Shown: one piece after another, positions 47,588-57,827 of the stretch
Layout of the letters: each line of letters opens with the position of its first letter
Position numbering within the stretch: the first letter of the stretch is position 1
Notes under the pieces: generated by a model
Told to the model about the DNA's origin: nothing
Seen by the model: the letters and a program-made list of their open reading frames with translations, nothing else
The model's database searches: none
Made by a program: the position numbers and the translations under genes
DNA from: an uncultured Bacilli bacterium
GTDB lineage: Bacteria > Bacillota_I > Bacilli_A > RF39 > UBA660
Assembly: GCA_934122275.1 (NCBI GenBank)
Contig: CAKOWI010000004.1
Coordinates: forward strand, 12,830-76,829
Reading direction: 5' to 3'
DNA: 64,000 nt

Positions 47588-49003
47588 CTAATTTATTTGT
47601 CTTTTTTTATAAGAAATTATTGCTGATCCTACAAGTCCTATAATCGATAAAATGCTTGTTGATATATATAATACAATATTATCACCAGTTTTAGGATTTT
47701 TAACATTTGTGTTAGATGATTTTTCTGTTGCAATAATTCCATACTCACTTAAATGTGATGTTTCAAATACTATGTATCCATCTTCTACTGTTGCTGGTAT
47801 AGTTTCTTTTATTTCATTATCTAAAATATAAACTACCTCGTATTTTTTATATCCTTTTAATTCTTCTGGTAAAGCAATTTTTATTTTAATTTTAGTATTA
47901 TCAATTTTAACTATTTGACCATTTTCTAAAACATTAATATCAACTACATACTTAACATTTTTAGCTGTTAATTCTTTTTTTAATTCTACTTTTTTAATAT
48001 CTAATACATAATCTTTGCTAACTTCTTTTTCAAATGTAATACTTCCATTTATTACACCAGTGCTTTTGATTTCTTTTACTTGAGTAGGTTGATTTGAAGA
48101 TGTAGGTGTCATTGTTAAATCAGGGTACATTCTCCATGTTGTTTGAAATTCATCAAGATCTGTTTCTTCTTCCCAATCAGATACTCTATAATTATAATAT
48201 TTGCCATTTATTTTTAATTTAGTATTCCTTGTAAAAATATATCCTTCTTTAGCTTTAAAATATAAAATGTATTGGTATTCTTTTCCACTTTCAAAAGCAG
48301 TGATAAGATTTTCGTAACCTTGATTAAAGAATTCAGCAGATGTTATACCTGAACCATCTTTAGCTTGCCAGCATTCAAATTGATATATATATGGTGATCC
48401 ATCAGGTGTTTTTCCTGTAAATACAGGTTTATCATTTACATTAAAACTGATTGTTGCATTATTTAGCTCTATAACATCAATGCGTTTTAATTGAACTGGT
48501 TTTGTTGGTTTTATTGTTTTAACAGCAGTTACAAAAAGTATTGATCCAGAATTTAGTACACTAACACTACTTATTTTTGTGCTATTTACTCTTACTGTAC
48601 TATTATTTCCAAATTTATTTTCACCTTTTGCTTTAAGAGAAATACTATACATATAAGTTTTTCCTTCTTCAAAAGCAGTTATTTTTTTATCTTGTGCTAA
48701 AGCATTATTCTTGTTTTCATCAGAATACCAATATTTTACCGGGATAGCTTCACCTTTCTCATTAGTTTCCATTTCTTCCCAATATTCATACTCTATATCA
48801 TATAACCCGTCCCACGGATCACACTTATAAGCCTTTGCTTCTGGTTTATCTCCTGGATTATAATTAAATTTTACACCCTCAATATCTATATTTGCTGTGC
48901 TCAAATCTAAATCTTCTGCAAATGTCGTTATCGGTGCAATACATATAGCAAACAAAAAAATTAATATAGTCGTAATAAGTATTTTACTTTTTTGCATTTT
49001 CAT
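47588..49003 (-). CDS. Cell-surface protein with NPKTG-type sorting signal
   Basis: Signal peptide, internally duplicated beta-rich domains. C-terminus KNPKTGDN plus hydrophobic helix plus KKRQIN. Confidence 0.65.
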   Translation of the reverse strand: MKMQKSKILITTILIFLFAICIAPITTFAEDLDLSTANIDIEGVKFNYNPGDKPEAKAYKCDPWDGLYDIEYEYWEEMETNEKGEAIPVKYWYSDENKNNALAQDKKITAFEEGKTYMYSISLKAKGENKFGNNSTVRVNSTKISSVSVLNSGSILFVTAVKTIKPTKPVQLKRIDVIELNNATISFNVNDKPVFTGKTPDGSPYIYQFECWQAKDGSGITSAEFFNQGYENLITAFESGKEYQYILYFKAKEGYIFTRNTKLKINGKYYNYRVSDWEEETDLDEFQTTWRMYPDLTMTPTSSNQPTQVKEIKSTGVINGSITFEKEVSKDYVLDIKKVELKKELTAKNVKYVVDINVLENGQIVKIDNTKIKIKIALPEELKGYKKYEVVYILDNEIKETIPATVEDGYIVFETSHLSEYGIIATEKSSNTNVKNPKTGDNIVLYISTSILSIIGLVGSAIISYKKRQIN

Positions 49004-49009
49004 TTCCTC

Positions 49010-50281
49010 CTAATATTCTATTTTCTTCTTATTATTAATCACTACAGTTGTAATAATTCCTAACAATGATACTATAGATAATATAAAATACGTTGTAATA
49101 CTATCACCCGTTTTAGGGTTTTTCATATTTGTATTATTAGATGATTTTTCTTGCTTTTTAACTTCAAATTTAGTTATTGCTTCTCCACCATCATTAAATT
49201 CAGCTTTAATCGTATGCTCACCAGCTGATAGTGTATCAACATATTCTTTATTTAAAGTAATAACTGTGCTGCCAGATTCTGCCTTATAATTTTTAGCATC
49301 AATTAATGCTCCATCAATATATAGTTTACCATCAAATAAACTAAAGTCTGCGTCTATTCTAAATATAGCATTTTTTGATTCATTAATAGTATATATTTGA
49401 TTTGCTCCTTCAGTAAACTTATATTCTTTAGGGACAACTTCTTCGTTTACATATTGAAAATTAAATTCATAAGTACACTTAGTATAGTAATCAGTTCTTA
49501 TTTCATATATAATGCCACCATCTGAACCTGTAAAAGTTAACTTAGAACCTGTATATTTAGTATGAAGTCCTTTAAAAACTTCACTTTTTTTAGTTCCAAC
49601 ATTCACTGCAGTTAATATTGCTTTATTTTCTGACCTATTTCCAACTATCTTTATAACAGCTTCGCTTTCGTTGTCTGTTAATAATAAACCATTATAGTCT
49701 CTTTTATAATATAGTGTTTCATCTAAATTTACAAATGATTTTAATCCTTCTGTTAACTCATCAGTTTTAGAAAAATCAATTACACATTCTTGACCATTAG
49801 TCAAATCTATTACACCTTTTGATGTTAAATTTTCATAAATATTTTCAACCTTTGTATTAATAGCTGTTCTTATTCTTAAAAGTTTAACATCTAATGTTCC
49901 ACTAAATTTACTTGTTTCTAATTTAAATGTAGATTTAGTTTCACTTGATATTGTTGTTATAGGGTAATACCAATTATTGATATTTAATTTTATAGGTGTA
50001 TTAGCACCAGAAACACTTGTATCTTCAATTTCTTCAATTACAAATTTATACTCTGCTTCATTTAAATCAACTGTCATATCATTCGTAATATTAGTAACTA
50101 AATCATTACCTTTAAATAATTGCAATTTTCCTATTTTACTATATTCTACATAGCCATCATGAATTGTTCCACCTTTAAAATTCAATTTCACTTCATTTTT
50201 GGATTCAGCAAATACATTAGTAGTAAATGCAAACATTCCAATTATTACTGCTAATAGCAACCTCTTAACATATTTTAACAT
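49010..50281 (-). CDS. Cell-surface protein with NPKTG-type sorting signal
   Basis: Signal peptide. C-terminus KNPKTGDS plus hydrophobic helix plus NNKKKIEY. Confidence 0.65.
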   Translation of the reverse strand: MLKYVKRLLLAVIIGMFAFTTNVFAESKNEVKLNFKGGTIHDGYVEYSKIGKLQLFKGNDLVTNITNDMTVDLNEAEYKFVIEEIEDTSVSGANTPIKLNINNWYYPITTISSETKSTFKLETSKFSGTLDVKLLRIRTAINTKVENIYENLTSKGVIDLTNGQECVIDFSKTDELTEGLKSFVNLDETLYYKRDYNGLLLTDNESEAVIKIVGNRSENKAILTAVNVGTKKSEVFKGLHTKYTGSKLTFTGSDGGIIYEIRTDYYTKCTYEFNFQYVNEEVVPKEYKFTEGANQIYTINESKNAIFRIDADFSLFDGKLYIDGALIDAKNYKAESGSTVITLNKEYVDTLSAGEHTIKAEFNDGGEAITKFEVKKQEKSSNNTNMKNPKTGDSITTYFILSIVSLLGIITTVVINNKKKIEY

Positions 50282-50482
50282 TCTTATTCCTCCTTTATTT
50301 TAAATTATAAAATCAATTAATTTGTATTACAACTTAATTACCAAGAAAAGCAATGTTTTTGATGGCAAGTATCGTACTTAAATTACTGCTTAGTAAACAT
50401 CAGAATATCTTAGCTTCTTTTCGTAGATAACTGATTATAATCATTTATATATCCACATTAATCTAAGTTTTTACACTATAAG

Positions 50483-50533
50483 TCAAAATAAAAAGACCAT
50501 TAAGAAATTATTTGATTTCTTGACAGTCTTTTC
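50483..50533 (-). terminator. Terminator of ppdK
   Basis: Long hairpin aaaagac...gtctttt (50491-50533) with an inner aagaaat/atttctt stem, followed by a T-rich tract on the minus strand. Confidence 0.55.
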
Positions 50534-50536
50534 TTA

Positions 50537-53170
50537 TTAATTATTATTTTTTGCTTTGATTGCGGCTTGTGCAGCAGCTAATCTTGCAATAGGTACTCTA
50601 AATGGTGAGCAAGAAACATAATCTAATCCTATACTGTTGCAGAATTCTACAGATGAAGGATCTCCACCATGTTCACCACATATACCAACATGAAGTTTTG
50701 GATTAACTGGTTTACCTAATTTAATAGCCATATCCATTAATTTACCAACACCATTTTGGTCAAGTTTTGCGAATGGATCGTTTTCAAAAATCTTATTATC
50801 ATAGTATGATCCTAAGAATTTACCAGCATCATCTCTTGAGAAACCAAATGTCATTTGAGTTAAATCATTTGTACCAAAGCAGAAGAAATCAGCTTCTTTA
50901 GCTATTTCATCAGCTGTTAATGCTGCTCTTGGAATTTCTATCATTGTACCAACTTCATACTCTAAATCTATACCAGAAGCTTTAATTTCAGCATCGGCTG
51001 TTTCAACAACTATGTTTTTAACGAACTTTAATTCTTTAACTTCACATACAAGTGGAATCATAATTTCTGGTTTAACGTTCCAATCTGAATGTTTTTTCTT
51101 AGTATTAATTGCTGCTCTTATTACAGCTTTAGTTTGCATTCTAGCAATTTCTGGATAAGTAACATCTAGTCTGCATCCTCTGTGACCCATCATTGGATTT
51201 ACTTCATGTAAACTAGTTACTAAATTCTTGATATACTCTACTGATTTTCCTTGAGCATCAGCAAGCTTTTTGATATCAGCTTCTTCTGTTGGAACAAACT
51301 CATGTAAAGGTGGATCTAAGAATCTGATTGTTACTGGATATCCTTTTAATTCTTCATATAAAGCTTCAAAGTCACTTTGTTGATATGGAAGGATTTTTTC
51401 TAGTGCAGCTTCTCTTTCTTCAGCACTATCAGCACAAATCATTTCTCTAAATGCTGCTATTCTATCTTCTTCAAAGAACATATGTTCTGTACGGCAAAGA
51501 CCAATACCTTCAGCACCTAATTCACGAGCTTTTTTAGCATCACGTGGAGTATCAGCATTTGTTCTTACCTTTAATGTTCTGATTTTATCAGCCCATCCCA
51601 TAACACGTCCAAATTCACCAGCAATTGTAGCATCTACAGTTGGAATTTGTCCATCATATATATTACCAGTTGAACCATCAATTGAGATGTAATCTCCTTC
51701 ATGATAAGTTTTTCCAGCTAATGTAAAGCACTTATTTTCTTCATCCATTACGATATCACCGCAACCAGATACACAGCAAGTACCCATACCACGAGCTACA
51801 ACAGCAGCGTGTGAAGTCATACCACCACGAACAGTTAGGATACCTTGAGATGCTTTCATACCAGTAATATCTTCTGGAGAAGTTTCAAGTCTAACTAAAA
51901 CTACTTTTTCTCCTCTAGCATTCCAGTTTTCAGCATCTTCTGCAGTAAATACAACTTTACCTGTTGCAGCACCTGGAGATGCACCTAAACCTTTACCAGC
52001 TGGAGTTGCTGCTTTAAGTGCCTTAGCATCAAATTGTGGGTGAAGTAATGTATCTAAGTTACGAGGATCAATCATTGCTACAGCTTCTTCTTCTGTACGC
52101 ATTCCTTCATCTACTAAATCACAAGCAATTTTTAAAGCTGCTTGAGCAGTTCTCTTACCATTTCTTGTTTGAAGCATATAAAGTTTACCATGTTCAACAG
52201 TAAATTCCATATCTTGCATATCTCTATAATGATCTTCTAGAGTTTTGCAAACTTCTTTAAATTCTTTGAATGCTTCTGGGAATTTTTCTTCCATTTCAGC
52301 AATATGCATTGGTGTACGAACTCCTGCAACAACGTCTTCACCTTGTGCATTAGTTAAGAATTCACCAAATAAACCTTTAGCACCAGTTGCTGGATCACGA
52401 GTAAATGCAACACCAGTACCACAGTCATCACCCATGTTACCAAATGCCATAGCTTGTACGTTTACAGCAGTACCCCATGAATATGGAATATCATTATCTC
52501 TTCTATATACGTTAGCTCTTGGATTATCCCATGATCTAAATACAGCTTTAACAGCTCCCATTAATTGTTCTTTTGGATCATCTGGGAAATCTTTACCAAT
52601 CTTTTCTTTATATTCAGCCTTAAACTGTCTTGCTAATTCTTTTAAATCATCAGCATCTAACTCAACGTCTTGTTTAACGCCTTTCTTTTCTTTCATTTCA
52701 TCAATAAGTTGTTCAAAGTATTTCTTACCAACTTCCATAACTACATCAGAATACATTTGAATAAATCTTCTGTAGCAATCCCATGCCCATCTTGGATTAT
52801 TTGATTTTTCAGCTATAACATTAACTACATCTTCATTAAGACCTAAGTTAAGAATAGTATCCATCATACCAGGCATTGATGCTCTAGCTCCTGATCTTAC
52901 AGAAACTAAAAGAGGATTTTCTTTATCACCAAACTTTTTACCTGTGATTTCTTCCATTTTTCCTATATACTCATTAATTTGATCTTGAATTTCTGGATTA
53001 ATTTCTCTTCCATCTTCATAGTACTGAGTACATGCTTCTGTTGTAATTGTGAAACCTTGAGGTACTGGAAGACCAATATTAGTCATTTCTGCTAGATTAG
53101 CTCCTTTACCACCAAGAAGGTTTCTCATGTCAGCATTACCTTCTGTAAAAAGGTATACCCATTTTGTCAT
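50537..53170 (-). CDS. ppdK: Pyruvate, phosphate dikinase
   Basis: 877 aa. MTKWVYLF..., phosphohistidine loop GGMTSHAAVVARG, C-terminal ICGEHGGDP...CSPFRVPIARLAAAQA. Confidence 0.97.
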   Translation of the reverse strand: MTKWVYLFTEGNADMRNLLGGKGANLAEMTNIGLPVPQGFTITTEACTQYYEDGREINPEIQDQINEYIGKMEEITGKKFGDKENPLLVSVRSGARASMPGMMDTILNLGLNEDVVNVIAEKSNNPRWAWDCYRRFIQMYSDVVMEVGKKYFEQLIDEMKEKKGVKQDVELDADDLKELARQFKAEYKEKIGKDFPDDPKEQLMGAVKAVFRSWDNPRANVYRRDNDIPYSWGTAVNVQAMAFGNMGDDCGTGVAFTRDPATGAKGLFGEFLTNAQGEDVVAGVRTPMHIAEMEEKFPEAFKEFKEVCKTLEDHYRDMQDMEFTVEHGKLYMLQTRNGKRTAQAALKIACDLVDEGMRTEEEAVAMIDPRNLDTLLHPQFDAKALKAATPAGKGLGASPGAATGKVVFTAEDAENWNARGEKVVLVRLETSPEDITGMKASQGILTVRGGMTSHAAVVARGMGTCCVSGCGDIVMDEENKCFTLAGKTYHEGDYISIDGSTGNIYDGQIPTVDATIAGEFGRVMGWADKIRTLKVRTNADTPRDAKKARELGAEGIGLCRTEHMFFEEDRIAAFREMICADSAEEREAALEKILPYQQSDFEALYEELKGYPVTIRFLDPPLHEFVPTEEADIKKLADAQGKSVEYIKNLVTSLHEVNPMMGHRGCRLDVTYPEIARMQTKAVIRAAINTKKKHSDWNVKPEIMIPLVCEVKELKFVKNIVVETADAEIKASGIDLEYEVGTMIEIPRAALTADEIAKEADFFCFGTNDLTQMTFGFSRDDAGKFLGSYYDNKIFENDPFAKLDQNGVGKLMDMAIKLGKPVNPKLHVGICGEHGGDPSSVEFCNSIGLDYVSCSPFRVPIARLAAAQAAIKAKNNN

Positions 53171-53215
53171 ATATATTCCTCCTTTAACAATGTACGATGT
53201 TATTATAACACAATT

Positions 53216-53244
53216 AAAAAAGCACTTACAATAATAAATGCTTT
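53216..53244 (-). terminator. Terminator after the Xer recombinase gene
   Basis: Hairpin aaagcattta/taagtgcttt (one G:U pair), followed by a T-run on the minus strand. Overlaps the putative ppdK promoter region. Confidence 0.4.
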
Positions 53245-53269
53245 ATTTTTCGCTTATTTTACAAGTATT

Positions 53270-54166
53270 TTATTTTCTATTTAAAGGATGACACTTCATA
53301 TAAACTTCTTTTAATCTTTCATTAGAAACATGTGTATAAACTTGCGTCGACTCCAAAGACTCATGACCAAGTAATTCTTTTACCGTTAATATATCACAGC
53401 CTTCATTTAAAAGATGTGTTGCATAAGAATGCCTAAGCATATGAGGTGTTATTTTCTTTTTAATAAAGGTTCTTTTTTCTATATTATCAAGTAGTAGCTC
53501 TACTCCCCTTGTTGTAATATTTTTACCATGTTCATTAATTATTAAGTAATCAGAAGTTATATGGTGCTTACCTAATATTTTTTTTCTTCCATCATTTATA
53601 AATAGATTAATATATTTAATACAACTATCACCTATTAAAGCAATTCTCTCTTTATTTCCCTTACCTAATATTCTAATTTCTTTATTAAAAAAATCAATAT
53701 CTTCTATCTTTATATTAACTAACTCTCCAACCCTTATTCCTGAACTATATAAAACTTCTAATATAAGTCTATCCCTTTGTCCAAGTGGTGACTCTATATT
53801 TGGTACTTCAAATAATTCTTTAATTTCACTAATAGTTAAATACTTTGGTAATTTTTTTTCTTTTTTAGGAGAAGAAACAAACTTAAAAGGATTAACATTA
53901 ACGATTTCATTATTAAATAAATATTTATAAAAGCTTCTAAGTGATGAAAGTTTTCTTGATATTGTATTCCTAGATAAATTCTTATCATACAAATCAACTA
54001 AATATCCTTTAACACACTCATAATCTACATCTGTATAATTAATTCCTTCTTTTTTCAAATACAAGTAAAATTCGTCTAAATCTATTCCATAATTTTGACA
54101 AGTATTATCCGAATATTTCTTTTGCTTAACTATAAAAGTTAAAAATTCATCGATTTTTTCTCTCAT
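53270..54166 (-). CDS. Tyrosine recombinase XerC/XerD family
   Basis: 298 aa. ...GIRVGELVNI..., HMLRHSYATHLL, LLGHESLESTQVYTHV. Confidence 0.85.
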   Translation of the reverse strand: MREKIDEFLTFIVKQKKYSDNTCQNYGIDLDEFYLYLKKEGINYTDVDYECVKGYLVDLYDKNLSRNTISRKLSSLRSFYKYLFNNEIVNVNPFKFVSSPKKEKKLPKYLTISEIKELFEVPNIESPLGQRDRLILEVLYSSGIRVGELVNIKIEDIDFFNKEIRILGKGNKERIALIGDSCIKYINLFINDGRKKILGKHHITSDYLIINEHGKNITTRGVELLLDNIEKRTFIKKKITPHMLRHSYATHLLNEGCDILTVKELLGHESLESTQVYTHVSNERLKEVYMKCHPLNRK

Positions 54167-54167
54167 T

Positions 54168-54938
54168 TTAAACTAACTCATATTCTTTATCATAAGACTT
54201 CTTATACTCGTCAAAGCACTTTGCCATCTCATCTAAATATGATATATCACTATCATCTTTTTCTATTCTGCTTTTTAAAACATCATCACTTAATATACTA
54301 TTATTACCTAATAAAAGATAATTTTTCTTAAACATACTAGCTAAAGACCTTCTATCTATCATATTTTGTCCTATTTTTTTACATAAAAGTATTATATTAT
54401 CCCTATCTGTTGCAATTGATGCTATAACTAGTTTATCATCCTTTAAAGTTGGTATTTTTTTATTTACATTATAAGTATCCATCATTGTTATAATTCTTTT
54501 ATTCTTAACGAATTTATTATATACATCTTCAAAAAAATCATATTTTTGCTTAATAGCAGTATTTGTTTTACTTCTTAAAATAGATTTTTCTATATCAGAA
54601 AATCCCATTTTATTTTCTAACACTAAGTTCATAATCTCATCAGGCTTAATATATATAACATCTAAATCGCAAGAAAACATAATTTCATACTTATTATCTT
54701 TATTTTCTAACGAAAAATGTTTTTTTAAAACTTCATCATCATACATATTAATACCATTTTTAGTTTCACTTAGAAGAAATTCTTTAACATCATCATATAG
54801 GTTATTAAATAAATCAGAATAATTGTTGTACTTACTAGTAAATTTATCCATGTCCTTTAAACTAAGTGTTAATACTGGTAATTTTTTATCATGCCCATAA
54901 TTATTTTTAAAATTAAAATATAGTGTATACTTTTCCAT
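54168..54938 (-). CDS. Hypothetical protein
   Basis: 256-aa ORF, 1 nt upstream of the xer gene. No motif recognised. Confidence 0.45.
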   Translation of the reverse strand: MEKYTLYFNFKNNYGHDKKLPVLTLSLKDMDKFTSKYNNYSDLFNNLYDDVKEFLLSETKNGINMYDDEVLKKHFSLENKDNKYEIMFSCDLDVIYIKPDEIMNLVLENKMGFSDIEKSILRSKTNTAIKQKYDFFEDVYNKFVKNKRIITMMDTYNVNKKIPTLKDDKLVIASIATDRDNIILLCKKIGQNMIDRRSLASMFKKNYLLLGNNSILSDDVLKSRIEKDDSDISYLDEMAKCFDEYKKSYDKEYELV

Positions 54939-54987
54939 ATAATAGCCTCCCTATTCTTATAAATAGAATACCATAAAAAAAGAAAGT

Positions 54988-55470
54988 TTACAATTTCCTT
55001 TCTTTAAAAACAAATAATTTATTAGTAGCATAATTAAACACAAATGTTATTAATGAACTCATAACCTTAGATATCATATTAGAAGCTTTTAATCTTTCAA
55101 TCAAAAATATTAATATTGCAGAATCTAATGCAAAGCCAATTACCCTAAATATGATAAATATAGTTATCTGGTATATTCTTTCTTTACTTTTTGATGGTCT
55201 ACTTTTAAATATCTTTTGATCCCATAAATACAAAATAGTAAATGACACTATATATGCTACTAAATTAGCTAAAATATATCTACCATGTGTTATATAATCT
55301 ACTACAAAATATAATAGATATAATATAAACGTACAAACTACTGAAACTATACTATAATTAATAAATTCTTTATTCTTATAATATAATTTTTCTAATTTAC
55401 CCTTCTTTCTAAATAGCTCTTTTAAACCCTTTTTCTTCTTATTCTTAAATAAATCCATATAATTCACCAC
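54988..55470 (-). CDS. GtrA family membrane protein
   Basis: About 155 aa with four TM helices and a C-terminal ...FNYATNKLFVFK signature. Confidence 0.7.
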   Translation of the reverse strand: MVNYMDLFKNKKKKGLKELFRKKGKLEKLYYKNKEFINYSIVSVVCTFILYLLYFVVDYITHGRYILANLVAYIVSFTILYLWDQKIFKSRPSKSKERIYQITIFIIFRVIGFALDSAILIFLIERLKASNMISKVMSSLITFVFNYATNKLFVFKERKL

Positions 55471-55512
55471 AAGAAAATTATAACATAAATTAAAAATTAA
55501 TTATTACAAAGT

Positions 55513-56844
55513 TTAATATTCATCATAAGTTCTTATATTGTTTTTTAACTTTTCTATATTTTCCTTATTTGTATATATCTTAACTTTATAGTCATCATAA
55601 AGTATTATTTCTTTGTTATTAACGTTTTTTATGGAATTATTTATTATATTCATAATATCATTACTATCCTTTACATAACGATGTATTTGATATATGTTAG
55701 GTTCATGATTTTCAACTGAAACATAATAATACTTAGAAGTCTTAGATACTATTTTAATATCATTATTATCAGATTCAACAAACTCATAATCTCCATAAAT
55801 TTCTAATTTATCACTCATATTAATAATTTCTTCTGTTTCGCTAAAATATTTATCATTATTACTGTTTATTATTTTAAACTTAGATATTCCTATTAAAGAC
55901 ATACCTATACCAAATCCCATAACTAGTAGTGAGATAAAAAACATTAAAGCAAGTCTTAATTTCTTAGATTTATGACTGAACACAAAATCAAATAACATTT
56001 TTAAAATAACATAATTAATAACAATGGATGCTAAAATAGTTAATATCATTCCTACAAATAGAATACCACTCTTAATAAATAAGAAAGATAGAATAAATGA
56101 TACTGAAAGCATAACTAATGATACAAAGAAGAATCCTGCAATAAATGATAAAAATATCTTTAATCCTAAAACAAATACTTTAACAAGACCACCTATTATT
56201 CTATATTCTGAATTCTTTGGATCTCTTATTATTATCTTTTCATCGTCTTTTTTTTCTAATTCTATTTCATCTTCTGTTTTTTCTTCTTTAGATATATCAT
56301 AATAATTAAGATATCTTTCTTTAAATATATGTAAAACAACTATAAATCCTAATGCAAAAGCTATAATTAAATATATAGATTCTAATATACTATAAATTAT
56401 ATTATATACTTTGTTATAATTCATAAAGGATAATACACTAGATATTAAACTACTAGATATAGAACCTATAATAGCAAATAAAATACAAAGAATACCAATT
56501 ATAATTAGTTGCTCTACTATACATTTTATTTTTGATGAAAACTTCATCTTACTAAACATATTAACTGTCTTAGTAACATAACTTAAGAAACTATCAATAT
56601 ACTTATTAATATTATTTCTTTGTTGTTTAATGTTGTTTACTTCTTTAATATCCTGATTTAGTAAATCATCCATATTTAGGTTAAACATCTTGCATATTTG
56701 AACTACTTTATCCATTTCAGGATATGCTTGATTTGATTCCCACTTAGATACAGATTGTCTTGATACTCCTAACTTTTCTGCTAAATCTTCTTGGGTTAGA
56801 TTATTTTCTTTTCTTATCTTTTTTAAATTGTCTGATAAATTCAT
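55513..56844 (-). CDS. XRE-family HTH domain fused to a polytopic membrane domain
   Basis: N-terminus LKKIRKENNLTQEDLAEKLGVSRQSVSKWESNQAYP, followed by at least 6 TM helices and a C-terminal soluble domain. Confidence 0.75.
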   Translation of the reverse strand: MNLSDNLKKIRKENNLTQEDLAEKLGVSRQSVSKWESNQAYPEMDKVVQICKMFNLNMDDLLNQDIKEVNNIKQQRNNINKYIDSFLSYVTKTVNMFSKMKFSSKIKCIVEQLIIIGILCILFAIIGSISSSLISSVLSFMNYNKVYNIIYSILESIYLIIAFALGFIVVLHIFKERYLNYYDISKEEKTEDEIELEKKDDEKIIIRDPKNSEYRIIGGLVKVFVLGLKIFLSFIAGFFFVSLVMLSVSFILSFLFIKSGILFVGMILTILASIVINYVILKMLFDFVFSHKSKKLRLALMFFISLLVMGFGIGMSLIGISKFKIINSNNDKYFSETEEIINMSDKLEIYGDYEFVESDNNDIKIVSKTSKYYYVSVENHEPNIYQIHRYVKDSNDIMNIINNSIKNVNNKEIILYDDYKVKIYTNKENIEKLKNNIRTYDEY

Positions 56845-56892
56845 ATTACCACTTCCTTTACATAAATTACATCTAAATCATACTAATTAAAC

Positions 56893-56944
56893 CAGTTGCA
56901 TACTACCAATTTTTAGATGCTTTTTGTTAACTTTCAGTTGCATA
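56893..56944. promoter_or_regulatory. Two 10-bp direct repeats upstream of the XRE-membrane gene (candidate operator)
   Basis: cagttgcata at 56893-56902 and 56935-56944 (42-bp phasing), within the 145-bp region upstream of ATG 56844. Confidence 0.25.
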
Positions 56945-56989
56945 TAACTATTTTAACAGAAATTTTATAAAAATGAAAAAAGAAGCTAT

Positions 56990-57250
56990 TTATCTAGCTT
57001 CTACAATTAACTTAATTGCGGTTCTTTCTTCACCATCAATTACTATATCAGTAAAAGCTGGTATACAAACCAAATTCTTTCCAGACGGTGCTACAAAACC
57101 TCTAGCTATTGCAATAGCTTTTATGGCTTGATTAAGTGCTCCTGCACCTATTGCTTGTATTTCTACAGCCCCTTTTTCTCTAAATACATTAGCAAGTGCT
57201 CCTGCTACACTACTTGGGTTTGACTTACTGGATACTTTAAGTGTTTCCAT
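56990..57250 (-). CDS. spoVS: Stage V sporulation protein S
   Basis: 86 aa. METLKVSSKSNPSSVAGALANVFREKG...IQAIGAGALNQAIKAIAIARGF. Confidence 0.93.
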   Translation of the reverse strand: METLKVSSKSNPSSVAGALANVFREKGAVEIQAIGAGALNQAIKAIAIARGFVAPSGKNLVCIPAFTDIVIDGEERTAIKLIVEAR

Positions 57251-57326
57251 ATTTATTTCCTCCTTAATATTTTAGTCATTATAAATATATGAGAAAATAA
57301 ATATAAAATGATATTTTTATTATTTT

Positions 57327-57827
57327 TTATTGATTAAACATATCAATTACTTCAGATAAATGAGTTATTTCAGGATAATCACTACCCTCTAATTCTCTAA
57401 CAAACTTAATACCTATACCAAGTTTTTTCTGCCATTCTCTAATATTACCAGAATAATCATCTATAAGTATTGCTGCTGATGGATTTACTACTTCTGTTTT
57501 AGGTATTTCTTTAGGAACAGACACAACAGTTACTTGTGGTAATTTATTATGTAAATATTTTATCTTTTCTACCATTTCATTAGTAGAATTTATGTGAGTA
57601 AGTATGTATACATTAAACTTCCTAGAATCACATATTTTCTTTATTTCATTTATACTATCATTAATCTCTTCTGTTTCTTCTATTAATTTCTTCCAATCTA
57701 AATTTCTGAAAAAATCCATAACCCTTTCTTGATCTTTAATATCAATATGTTCTTTTTCTAATTCTTTATAAGACTTAGTCATAGTATCTAATATTACACC
57801 ATCAAAGTCTATGTATAATTGTTTCAT
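57327..57827 (-). CDS. HAD-superfamily hydrolase, 5'(3')-deoxyribonucleotidase-like
   Basis: 166 aa. N-terminal DFDGVILDT (DxDxT), later ILIDD. Confidence 0.5.
   Translation of the reverse strand: MKQLYIDFDGVILDTMTKSYKELEKEHIDIKDQERVMDFFRNLDWKKLIEETEEINDSINEIKKICDSRKFNVYILTHINSTNEMVEKIKYLHNKLPQVTVVSVPKEIPKTEVVNPSAAILIDDYSGNIREWQKKLGIGIKFVRELEGSDYPEITHLSEVIDMFNQ

Noticed and set aside
52245-52760. 171-aa plus-strand ORF inside ppdK.
   Set aside because: It is antisense to a gene with unambiguous PPDK motifs. Its low-complexity S/A/P/L-rich translation is typical of the reverse frame of a relatively GC-richer gene.
50537-53170. Markedly higher G+C of ppdK considered as evidence of horizontal transfer.
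   Set aside because: The shift is confined to the coding sequence of a gene expected to be very highly expressed. The flanking terminator and promoter are host-like AT-rich. Expression-linked codon bias is the simpler explanation.
53270-54166. Tyrosine recombinase considered as a phage or ICE integrase marking another mobile element.
   Set aside because: The 298-aa length and the RHSYATHLL / LGHESLESTQVYTHV motifs fit chromosomal XerC/XerD. No flanking repeats or phage or conjugation genes are present.
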